DNA of 20,717 bases from Tubiluchus corallicola. Taxonomy: Eukaryota > Animalia > Priapulida. Shown piece by piece: positions 11,368 to 20,205 of the stretch (within the stretch, counting starts at the first letter, position 1; each line of letters starts with the position of its first letter). The position numbers and the translations under genes were made by a program. Location of the stretch: assembly GCA_030141605.1 (NCBI GenBank), contig JAQGDQ010001929.1:1-20717 (forward strand). The letters are read 5' to 3'. The notes beneath the pieces were generated by a model. That model did no database searches, had not been told where the DNA came from, and saw only the letters and a list, made by a program, of their open reading frames with translations.

Positions 11368-11872
11368 TAAGATGAGATGAGATGAGATGAGATGTGATGA
11401 GATGAGATGAGATGAGATGAGATGAGATGTGATGAGGTGAGGCGAGGCGAGGCGAGGCGAGGCGAGGCGAGGCGAGGCGAGGCGAGACGAGACGAGACGA
11501 GACGAGACGAGACGAGACGAGACGAGACGAGACGAGACGAGAGGAGAGGAGAGGAGAGGAGAGGAGAGGAGAGGAGAGGAGAGGAGAGGAGAGAAGAGGA
11601 GAGAAGAGAAGAGAAGAGAAGAGAAGAGAAGAGAAGAGAAGAGAAGAGAAGAGAAGAGAAGAGAAGAGAAGAAAAGAGAACAGAACCGAACAGAAGAAAG
11701 GAAATGGAAGAGAAGAGAAGAGAAGAGAAGAGAAGAGAAGAGAAGAGAAGAGAAGAGAAGAGAAGAGAAGAGAAGAGAAGAGAAGAGAAGAGAAGAGAAG
11801 AGAAGAGAAGAGAAGAGAAGAGAAGAGAAGAGAAGACAAGACAAGACAAGATAAGCTAAGATAAGATAAGAT
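11368..11872. repeat. Compound pentanucleotide microsatellite (GAGAT, GAGGC, GAGAC, GAGAG, GAGAA, AAGAC, AAGAT blocks)
   Basis: Directly visible, about 100 units. Confidence 0.97.
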
Positions 11873-11879
11873 ATCTTAC

Positions 11880-11969
11880 CACTTCATTTACATTGTTCTC
11901 GCATTGTTTCATTGACAATGTTGACTTGCTTCCATCGGTATAGACGCAGCTGCAAGCTCGTCTACTTCT
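11880..11969 (-). CDS. Internal exon of TSR-like gene (RSRRACSCVYTDGSKSTLSMKQCENNVNEV)
   Basis: Strong acceptor (TTTTGTATTTTTCTGCAG|AGA) and donor (GTG|GTAAGA). 90 nt, phase 0-0, open. Supplies the TSR R-x-R-x-x-C strand after G-x-Q of the previous exon. Confidence 0.85.
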
Positions 11970-12249
11970 CTGCAGAAAAATACAAAACACAAAAATACAA
12001 ATGAAAACACAAAATATGATACGGATCCCTTAATTAGCACACTGTAGACTTAAGCTACGACTCGATGCGTAATGCGTAATGCGTAATGCGTGATCTGTAA
12101 TGCGTAATGCGTGATGCGTATTGACTGTTTCCATGCACGTTCGTAAACATTATGCTTTTTAGCAAAGCTCGTGGGGCTCTTTCTGCCATTTCTGGCCATT
12201 ATTCGAGAAAATTGCAAGCAATAATTTTTGGAAACCACGTCTCTGTTGA

Positions 12250-12420
12250 AATTTAAGTGTGATAATTACAGCTGCGCCATTAGCTTATTATTGTACTATT
12301 AGATGGAACAGAAAGCACAGGTTTTAGGTGCACAATGTTTTACAGGGGAGAGAACAATATGGCGGACATCATCATTTAGTGAAAGAACTGCAGTTAGATG
12401 CACAACACAGAACTACATGC
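12250..12420 (+). pseudogene. Harbinger/HARBI1-type transposase N-terminal remnant
   Basis: Frame reads VIITAAPLAYYCTIRWNRKHRF*VHNVLQGREQYGGHHHLVKELQLDAQH, then QNYM after a frameshift. Resembles the R-x-W-V-H...R...G..H.L..EL..D...Y.R N-terminus of Harbinger transposases, with W mutated to TAG. Confidence 0.75.
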
Positions 12421-12629
12421 TTCTTCCATCTCTCAAAAACTCAAATAGAAAAACATTGTTTATTGTAGGTCTCAAAATGACCAAAACTCGCCTAGCTAGA
12501 ATTTCCAGAAAGCCAAACAGTGAAAATGGTCACCGGAAACTTGAAAACTCGCTATAATCACCTAGGCAACGGCGGTTTCCCGTCTGCGTATTCGGACGAT
12601 AATGATTACTTTCGAATGAATAACGAATG

Positions 12630-13650
12630 ACGCATCACGCATTACGTACACATGGAAACGCTTCTACATATTTAAGTACAAGCTGTTGTATACGCATTAC
12701 AGGTCACGCATCACGCATTACGTACACATGGAAACGCTTCTACATATTTAAGTACAAGCTGTTGTATACGCTTTGCAGGTCACGCATCACGCATTACGTA
12801 CACATGGAAACGCTTCTACATATTTAAGTACAAGCTGTTGTATACGCTTTGCAGGTCACGCATCACGCATTACGTACACATGGAAACGCTTCTACATATT
12901 TAAGTACAAGCTGTTGTATACGCATTACAGGTCACGCATCACGCATTACGTACACATGGAAACGCTTCTACATATTTAAGTACAAGCTGTTGTATACGCA
13001 TTACAGGTCACGCATCACGCATTACGTACACATGGAAACGCTTCTACATATTTAAGTACAAGCTGTTGTATACGCTTTGCAGGTCACGCATCACGCATTA
13101 CGTACACATGGAAACGCTTCTACATATTTAAGTACAAGCTGTTGTATACGCTTTGCAGGTCACGCATCACGCATTACGTACACATGGAAACGCTTCTACA
13201 TATGTAAGTACAAGCTGTTGTATACGCATTACAGGTCACGCATCACGCATTACGTACACATGGAAACACTTCTACATATTTAAGTACAAGCTGTTGTATA
13301 CGCTTTACAGGTCACGCATCACGCATTACGTACACATGGAGACGGTTCTACATATTTAAGTACAAGCTGTTGTATACGCATTACAGGTCAAGCATCACGC
13401 ATTACGTACACATGGAGACGGTTCTACATGTTTAAGTACAAGCTGTTGTATACGCTTTACAGGTCACGCATCGCGCATTACGTACACATGGAAACACTTC
13501 TACATATTTAAGTACAAGCTGTTGTATACGCATTACGGACCACGCATCACGCATTACGTACACATGGAAACACTTCTACATATTTAAGTACAAGCTGTTG
13601 TATACGTATTACAGGTCAAGCATCACGCATTTCGTACACATGGAGACGTA
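12630..13650. repeat. 76-bp tandem array, about 13.4 copies, inside the right end of the Harbinger element
   Basis: Unit CACGCATCACGCATTACGTACACATGGAAACGCTTCTACATATTTAAGTACAAGCTGTTGTATACGCWTTRCAGGT; period 76. Confidence 0.97.
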
Positions 13651-14069
13651 CTTTTGCTCATAAAAATACCAGCACATATTATAAAACAACATCTTAGGTG
13701 AACGCATGCGCAGCCGGGTAGTTCATCTTTCAAGTCTTGGAGTTGCTTACACAGGACGTCGCTAGCTAGCACTAGTTCGATGCTCGGCTTGGTTGATCTT
13801 AAAAAATCTGCTATTAGAGAACAAAACAAGGGTTACAGTATACATCGGGCGACACAAGAAGAAAATGAATAAAAAAGATAAAGAAGAAAAAGGAAAAGAT
13901 AAGAAAAATGGCCCCAGCCCCTGGGGAGACGTAGGTAATTAATTGCCTACAACATTTATTTATGAAGCCTTGGCATAGACAGTTTCTGACAATGGAGTTT
14001 CTGACCCAAATACATGATCAGGTACCGGTACTGCCTAGAAAGGCAACTAGAAAGTCATGCTCGAAAAAC

Positions 14070-14145
14070 GTCTGCATGAGTAGGACTCGAACCCACAACC
14101 GCAAAAATTGCAGCCAAGTACAGCAGTCACTTTGTCAACACGCAG
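14070..14145 (-). mobile_element. Decayed tRNA-derived SINE head
   Basis: Minus strand GGTTGTGGGTTCGAGTCCTAC contains a Pol III B-box (GTTCGAGTCC). The A-box is degenerate and there is no intact cloverleaf. Confidence 0.5.
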
Positions 14146-14202
14146 GTTCAGGAAAAAGTGCACAAAGATAAACCATTTATTTCCAATGGCATCCTGTGGT
14201 GT

Positions 14203-14340
14203 AGATTCAAATGGTTCAGTTCAATTCAAAGTTCATTTATCTCCAATACTATGTTCATAAGACAATTACAACAAATTATCTAGAGATGGGGTGTCGAAAG
14301 ACCAAGAGGTCAACGAGTCAGCCACCCATGTATAACTTAA
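14203..14340 (-). mobile_element. LINE (CR1/L2-like) 3' terminal fragment with stem-loop and (TTGAA)-like tail
   Basis: Minus strand GGGTG..TCG.TTGACC-TCTT-GGTC.TTTCGA.CACCC hairpin, then GGAGATAAATGAACTTTGAATTGAACTGAACCATTTGAAT. Confidence 0.55.
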
Positions 14341-15071
14341 GAATAGTGCAAAGGACGGCAGACTACATGGTTAGATGGATAATATGTTGTTATATCTTAT
14401 TTGTAGCAAATAAACACAATTCAATGCAGTGAAATCATAACTGTAACAACGAGGATCATTTTGATACCAAGTTCATCACTCCACGTTATTTCTAAGCTGA
14501 GATAATCCACATTGAAGTTGAAGTGCAGGCTGCACACTGAAAAACATAAGCCATTGTTTTTTGTCGCGTCTCTAAAAACACTTAGCAACCGTACGAAAGT
14601 GTGGTTGCTATGGACTTTGCAAGAACACATTGAAGTTAAATTTAAATCCAATAGATGGCTCTTCATGACAAAGATCGGAGCTTGGCAGCAGAAAAACCCG
14701 AAGCAAAATGACAGCGTCGGGGATCTATTATCGGAGTTTGAAAATACAAGTTTTTTACAACTGCATCTCTTGTTTCTACACAAAGAAATGGCTAAGAATT
14801 TACGTAATTAAATGTTTAGTGTTTTTAAACATTTCTTGGAAATTTGATACTAGAATATAAAAGTCTAATATATTTAGCGTTGGTTCTTATAAAATGCGAA
14901 AAATCGACATTTGACCAAAATTTTGGGTCATTCTGCTTTGTAGCATCATGATGCAGTTTTAACTATGCTGACTCATGGACGGTTTTGGTTTGGAAGCAAC
15001 ATACATAATACAGTTAAATCATAAATGCAACACGTGAACAAAATGAACCCCAAATAAGGGATAAATCCTAC

Positions 15072-15319
15072 CTGAACTCCAGGTCCATCCTCGCATGTTT
15101 TTGTACACTCATGTTGTTCCCATTCACCACACACAACCATCGAACAACGTTTTGAATCGGCTGCAAAGATTCCCGCTTCTGACAACTTTCGTGTTACCCC
15201 GGGTCTTGTTCGTGTACGAGTCGGACGAAGTGCTCTATCGGGTTCCTTTCCGCCCAGAAGTGACGTTTGCTCCCCCTGGCACAACACCTGTACCCAAGTT
15301 TTTTAATTGAGTTTATTGC
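15072..15319 (-). CDS. Internal exon of TSR-like gene ending ...DSKRCSMVVCGEWEQHECTKTCEDGPGVQ; 5' boundary uncertain (15319, 15287 or 15160)
   Basis: Donor CAG|GTAGGA, phase 0; TSR-like W-x4-C-x2-TC-x-x-G-x-G-x-Q motif. The strong acceptor at 15319 needs a +1 correction near 15197-15200. The weak acceptor at 15287 gives an open 216-nt exon. Confidence 0.7.
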
Positions 15320-15336
15320 CTAACGATGAGAAAACG

Positions 15337-16177
15337 AATTCTAAAAATAAGAAAAACAACCAGCACAAACTTAACCCTTATAGGGTTACCGTGGGGTAAA
15401 AAATTACCCCCAGACCGGTTTTTTGCATTTTACCCTTTTCCCATACGCATCCCATTAAATCTTTTCTATGACTTTTTCTAAACATGTTTTGTGCACAAAA
15501 TACTTTCAGTTATTTATTTTACGCGCTTTGTCTCACCACGAAATAAAAGTGAAAATGTAAGATGTGGACTTTTTGAAATTGTCGAAACTTTACTTCGCTT
15601 GTCTATACATTATACGGGCGATGTATCTGATAAAACAAAATGTCAGACGTCTGTATGCTGACGTAGAACTAATCTACTCACAACTACAAAGACAATCACA
15701 TCATAAACTCAGTCACTCAACATCTTCAGATGTGGCAAACGCGCTAGCAATGTCGGTCGTCTACAGTTATTCCAGCATAGGTAAGGGAACGTAACTAAGT
15801 GAATTTAAATTTCGTATTACTACTAAGTCACATGTCTTTAAGCAGAGGTATAATGTATCCTATGGTGGTCAGCATAACCACAAATTATGCTGTTGCTGTT
15901 TGCTAATGAAACACGGCGGTTTATCTACGAATTATGGTGGCGGTAATTCCCCCCCCCCCGTTACCAAAATCGGTTGTAAAAAATCGTGACCCTATAAGGG
16001 TTAATCAACATATATGGGCTTTATTCAGACACAACATCTGTAACGTTTCGACCAGTTAAGGTCACATTCACGTAACAATCCACCTTAACTGGTTGGAACG
16101 TTGCAGATGTTGTGTCTGAATAAAAGCCATATATGTTGATTAAGCTGGTGCTGGTTATTATTCTTATTTTAAGAATT
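15337..16177. mobile_element. Fold-back palindrome (~100-bp arms), probable Penelope-like inverted pLTR, interrupted by a MITE
   Basis: Left arm 15337-15374 plus 16005-16062 is complementary to right arm 16082-16177. Contains GACC-TTAACT-GGTCGAAAC followed by AATAAA. Confidence 0.65.
15375..16000. mobile_element. piggyBac-type MITE, 626 bp
   Basis: TTAA duplication at 15371-15374 and 16001-16004. TIRs CCCTTATAGGGTTAC / GTGACCCTATAAGGG (14 of 15 match) with CCC...GGG termini. Confidence 0.9.
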
Positions 16178-16573
16178 GAGATTATTAACATAGTTCAGAA
16201 AATGAGCCTAATTGTACAGAGGTAAACTAATTGTTCGAAACACAAAATAGGTTCACAGGGTGATTTTGAATGGCTGCTGTTTGAGCCTGTCGAAAAGCTT
16301 GGCATGATTTTAAGTTTTAACTTTTTAATGTCAAAGTTTCAAACAAAGTTGTGTTGTTTTTAACAATAAATGGTTTTACGTGCCTGTAATCAAAATTGGC
16401 TTGAAGAATTATTTAGTTCGCTTTGTTCTGCTTTTGCATACATCTGCGCATAACTCTGGAGAATTCTCTCCCCTTTTTTTACCTTTTTTCATAGAGAATT
16501 GACGCCATAATTAGTAGCACATAAAATTATTAAATGTTACATAAATTTGCTGTACAGGCTTACATATACTTAC

Positions 16574-16630
16574 CATAATAGTAGACGCGATGACAGTCAA
16601 AAACCAACCTCCTAAAGCAGAAATGAGGAT
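16574..16630 (-). CDS. Upstream exon of TSR-like gene, hydrophobic signal-peptide-like segment (ILISALGGWFLTVIASTIM)
   Basis: Acceptor CTTTTAACTTTATCAG|ATC (alternative TTCTGCTTTAG|GA at 16611) and consensus donor ATG|GTAAGT. 57 nt; phase-0 end is compatible with the next exon. Confidence 0.6.
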
Positions 16631-16897
16631 CTGATAAAGTTAAAAGATCTTTGTTAAATCCTCACATACTAGTTGCGAATTTAACTAGGTTAATATTACC
16701 AAGTTATTGTTATTATTAAGTTAACATCTTAGGTTACACATTCAGTGCTGCAGAATCTGATTTTTGCATTTGTAAATACAATACAATGATGCCATTTTCG
16801 AAATTAAAAAACTAACCCTACTAATCGCATGTACAACATGTACAGCATGTAGCTACTGTCAAAGCTAGAATCTTCAGAAAATTTATGCGGTTGCTTG

Positions 16898-17332
16898 AAA
16901 ATTTAAGTTTCAGGACAGCATCACAAAACTCACAATGTGCTCACAACGTACAAGCTTAGAACTTCAAGATTTAAGACTCGGGAGAGTTCATTTCCAAATA
17001 TCTTTACAGGTTGTTAGACTCCGTATCAACACGTAATCGTAAAGAAGACAGAGTGATCATTAAGTTTCAAAAGTTTTTATTTTTCACGAGAGCTTTCGTC
17101 CTTAAAGGAATTCGTGATCTAAGCCACACAAACAAATTTCAGCTGACGAAGTACTTGAAGGCCCTGTGAAAAATAAAAACTTTTGAGGCTTAATGGTCAC
17201 TCTGTCTTCTTTACGATTATGTGTCGATACAGATGAAAAAGCATAGCAAACTTTCTTGAATCTTGAAATTCTAAGCTTGTACACGGTGAGCACATAGTGA
17301 GTTTAGTGGTGATATCCCAAAAGTGAAATTTT
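16898..17332. mobile_element. Fold-back palindrome (~180-200-bp arms), probable Penelope-like inverted pLTR with hammerhead remnants
   Basis: 16898-17110 is complementary to ~17146-17332 apart from one diverged patch. CTGACGA at 17143-17149 (+) and TCC-TTTAA-GGACGAAAGCTC on the minus strand at ~17089-17110; AATAAA follows in both arms. Confidence 0.7.
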
Positions 17333-17375
17333 TGACACTTAATGTGCATTTGCCTTCCTTACGTTTACGACTATG

Positions 17376-18201
17376 ACAAGTCTCACAAGAGCACAGGTCT
17401 CACAAGAGCACAGGTCTCACGAGAGTCTCACAACAGCACAGGTCTCACGAGAGTCTCACAAGAGCACAGGTCTCACGAGAGTCTCACAAGAGCACAAGCC
17501 TCACGAGAGTCTCACAAGAGCACAAGCCTCACGAGAGTCTCACAAGAGCACAAGCCTCACGAGAGTCTCACAAGAGCACAGGTCTCACAAGAGTCTCACA
17601 AGAGCACAAGCCTCACGAGAGCACAAGCCTCATGAGAGTCTCACAAGAGCACAGGTCTCACAAGAGTCTCACAAGAGCACAGGTCTCACAAGAGCACAGG
17701 TCTCACAAGAGTCTCACAAGAGTCTCACAAGAGCACACGTCTCACAAGAGCACAGGTCTCACAAGAGCACAGGTCTCACAAGAGTCTCACAAGAGTCTCA
17801 CAATAGCACAGATCTCACAAGAGTCTCACAAGAGCACAGGTCTCACAAGAGTCTCACAAGAGCACAAGCCCTCACGAGAGTCTCACAAGAGCACAAGCCT
17901 CACGAGAGTCTCACAAGAGCACAGGTCTCACGAGAGTCTCACAAGAGCACAGGTCCCACGAGAGTCTCACAAGAGCACAGGTCTCACGAGAGTCTCACAA
18001 GAGCACAGGTCTCACGAGAGTCTTACAAGAGCACAGGTCTCACAAGAGTCTCACAAGAGCACAAGCCTCACGAGAGCCTCACAAGGGCACAGGTCTCACG
18101 AGAGTCTCACAAGAGCACAGGTCTCACGAGAGTCTCACAAGAGCACAGGTCTCACGAGAGTCTCACAAGAGCACAGGTCTCACAACAGTCTCACAAGAGC
18201 A
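17376..18201. repeat. Modular minisatellite of 11-nt (CACRAGAGTCT) and 17-nt (CACAAGAGCACAGGTCT / ..CACAAGCCT) units, mostly 28-bp dimers
   Basis: Directly visible; the long ORFs across it are repeat translations. Confidence 0.95.
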
Positions 18202-18770
18202 CTATCTTACTTTCAAGTCAATGTCAATATCAACAAATTCAAGATCAGCAGTTTGACAGACACCTTAACCATTGTTAATGTCCATAGATTCAAAAACACA
18301 GAAGCTCTTTGACGCCTATAAACATTGCTTAGAACTCAACCCACCTTTCATTATTGACAGCAATACTATCAACAGCCTGTTAGCTAGAAACACACAGACC
18401 ACCACTGCACTGATGAATGAGCAAATTTTATTAATACCAATGCAGCAGTTGTGAACCGAATGTGACATTACAGGTACGGACTGGTGCTCGTCAAAATTAC
18501 AGTCAGGAAACTCATGAAATATGTATAATATTGTAATTTGTCTAGGGGCATCGAACTGCAGTCTATAGCCGCTGTGCTGATATGGACAGTGGTAGTTTTA
18601 ACACGGATGTGTGAAAGGATAGATAATGGATATTACGGATAATAATTATTTTGCAATGAAAGAGCCTTCGGTTGAAATATGTTGAGGTGTTTAACATCAC
18701 TGGATGATGGACAGACCGGAATTGTGAAGTTTTGAAATCATAATAATTTTAAAGAAATGCAAAAAAGTCC

Positions 18771-18842
18771 AGACAAAGTCGGGATTTGAACTAGGGATCT
18801 TTCGCTTACAGTGCGAATGCCATACCATTGGACTACTCTACC
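18771..18842 (-). pseudogene. tRNA-derived sequence (tRNA pseudogene or SINE head)
   Basis: Minus strand: A-box TAGTCCAATGG, anticodon-like arm TTCGC-ACTGTAA-GCGAA, B-box GTTCAAATCCC, G-U-rich acceptor stem, then TTTTTT. The T-stem is broken. Confidence 0.65.
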
Positions 18843-18998
18843 GAAATTCTACTGGTCATAGCTGAACAACTAAATTTAGCACCATGAAGTTTACTCAAGC
18901 AAGAGTAGTTAGTAACTAATTAGATAATTTTTGTAATTAGGTTAGGATGAATCACGTGACAGATGTCACAGTAAGACACGTCAGTTAGTCCAACGACT

Positions 18999-19546
18999 AA
19001 ACTGCCCCATTTTAAGTCAGAGAAAAAGTATACATTTTAACACGATTAATACTACAAAAGCGTTTCTGATAATTAGATAATATATGAAAGACTTAACTAA
19101 CGACGGGCGAGCCCAACTGTTGATGACATCACAAACTAACATAATTTTCAACAGCAAAAATTATCCATGAGAGCGTTGCTCGTGTTTGCGAAAGTGAAAA
19201 TTGAAGTACAGTGCTACTGTAAGATGTTTAGTGTGTTGTGTTAAAACTAGGCAGGTTTTAAGATAAAAATTCAAATTTACGGCAGTGCTCACGCATGAGC
19301 AGGTAAACGTGTGTAATACGTCATAAAGTAACACATCTGAAATGAGAGGAACAGCACCTATTTTTGTGGAATGTGTATCAGAAATGCAGGCGCTAGTGCC
19401 CGTCTAACTAGCGAATGGCGAAATGCATGTAACAGTGAAGAACTAGTGACGCCAGCGTAAGTCATTTTTGAAAAAACAGTATGTTTCCTTTCAATATTTT
19501 AAAGAATAGATTGTTTTGAGCTGCACTTTAAGATTGGGTTTGGTTT
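18999..19546 (+). mobile_element. Dispersed MITE-like repeat, copy 2 (paralog of 2779-3378)
   Basis: Same orientation and colinear with copy 1; shares identical blocks such as 19381-19426 = 3161-3206. Confidence 0.75.
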
Positions 19547-20205
19547 TACAAGCGTTTGTCAAAAACGAAACAAAGCAATGACGTCTGCATGCCACAAATA
19601 AACAGAAAAACGTTATTGATGGGTACAGCTGAGAAACAATACAACGCATGCGCCGACTAAATGTGGTATTTGGTCAGTCATTTGTGAGCTGTTGCAACAA
19701 AACAACCCTAGATCCTTCCGGTTCCACTGGCTTCTCTGCGGGCGGGGTGACACTTGAGGTCACCCCACTAAATTACTTGCCATTTCTGTCACTGTGCATA
19801 TAGTGCATTGCTACCTGTATAACTTTACAGAAAGTTTGATAATCAAACACGAAACGAAATGCATCATCTCTTTTTCTCAACCAAAATGGCCGGTGTGGCC
19901 AAAGCACTAGTGATGAATCCTAAAATACCTGAATTCAAATACCTTTGTCTAACTCATGTTGTATTTGCTGATTAACTCCTTACGCTTTAAAGCAATATGT
20001 CACCACGAGTTGTTCTTATTTTCATGTTTCTGGCCCAGTAACGCTTTTCACGGTTTCATAAGTTGGCCGGTATTTTTGGGTTTCCTGTAAATGATCTAAA
20101 ACATGGCACGACAACTTTTCAAAAAGGATCCACGAAACTTGTTCGCGTAGATTAATCTTTTAGAAATTTGTTGGTTTTTTGTGAATCTAAGAATGATTCG
20201 GTTTC

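Larger units (their letters stand above)
12053..13652 (+). mobile_element. Non-autonomous PIF/Harbinger DNA transposon (internal deletion derivative)
   Basis: Imperfect TIRs (left AAGCTACGACTCGATGCGTA vs reverse complement of right AAGTACGTCTCCATGTGTA). Inverted subterminal ACGCAT(T/C) repeats and a CATGGAAAC motif at both ends. Flanks TTA/TTT resemble a 3-bp TWA target duplication. Contains a transposase remnant. Confidence 0.75.

Noticed and set aside
11306-11859. SSLLF and EKRRE repeat ORFs
   Set aside because: Pentamer microsatellite within an intron.
12303-12557. 84-aa ORF as a gene
   Set aside because: Off-frame overlap of the transposase remnant.
13745-13800. Extra minus-strand exon (STKPSIELVLASDVL|GTAAGC)
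   Set aside because: Phase 1-1 is incompatible with the phase-0 intron and would break the TSR motif.
18211-18272. Minus-strand MVKVSVKLLILNLLILTLT*K before a GTAAGA donor, as a signal-peptide exon or selenocysteine codon
   Set aside because: In-frame TGA, incompatible phase and no SECIS seen. The plus strand of 18280-18390 weakly resembles a decayed LINE ORF2 C-terminus instead.
17342-18312. 301-aa and 226-aa repeat proteins
   Set aside because: The minisatellite lacks stops in all plus frames and unit lengths are not multiples of 3, so no frame is maintained.
18771-18842. Functional tRNA gene
   Set aside because: T-stem mismatched and U33 absent; treated as a pseudogene or SINE head.
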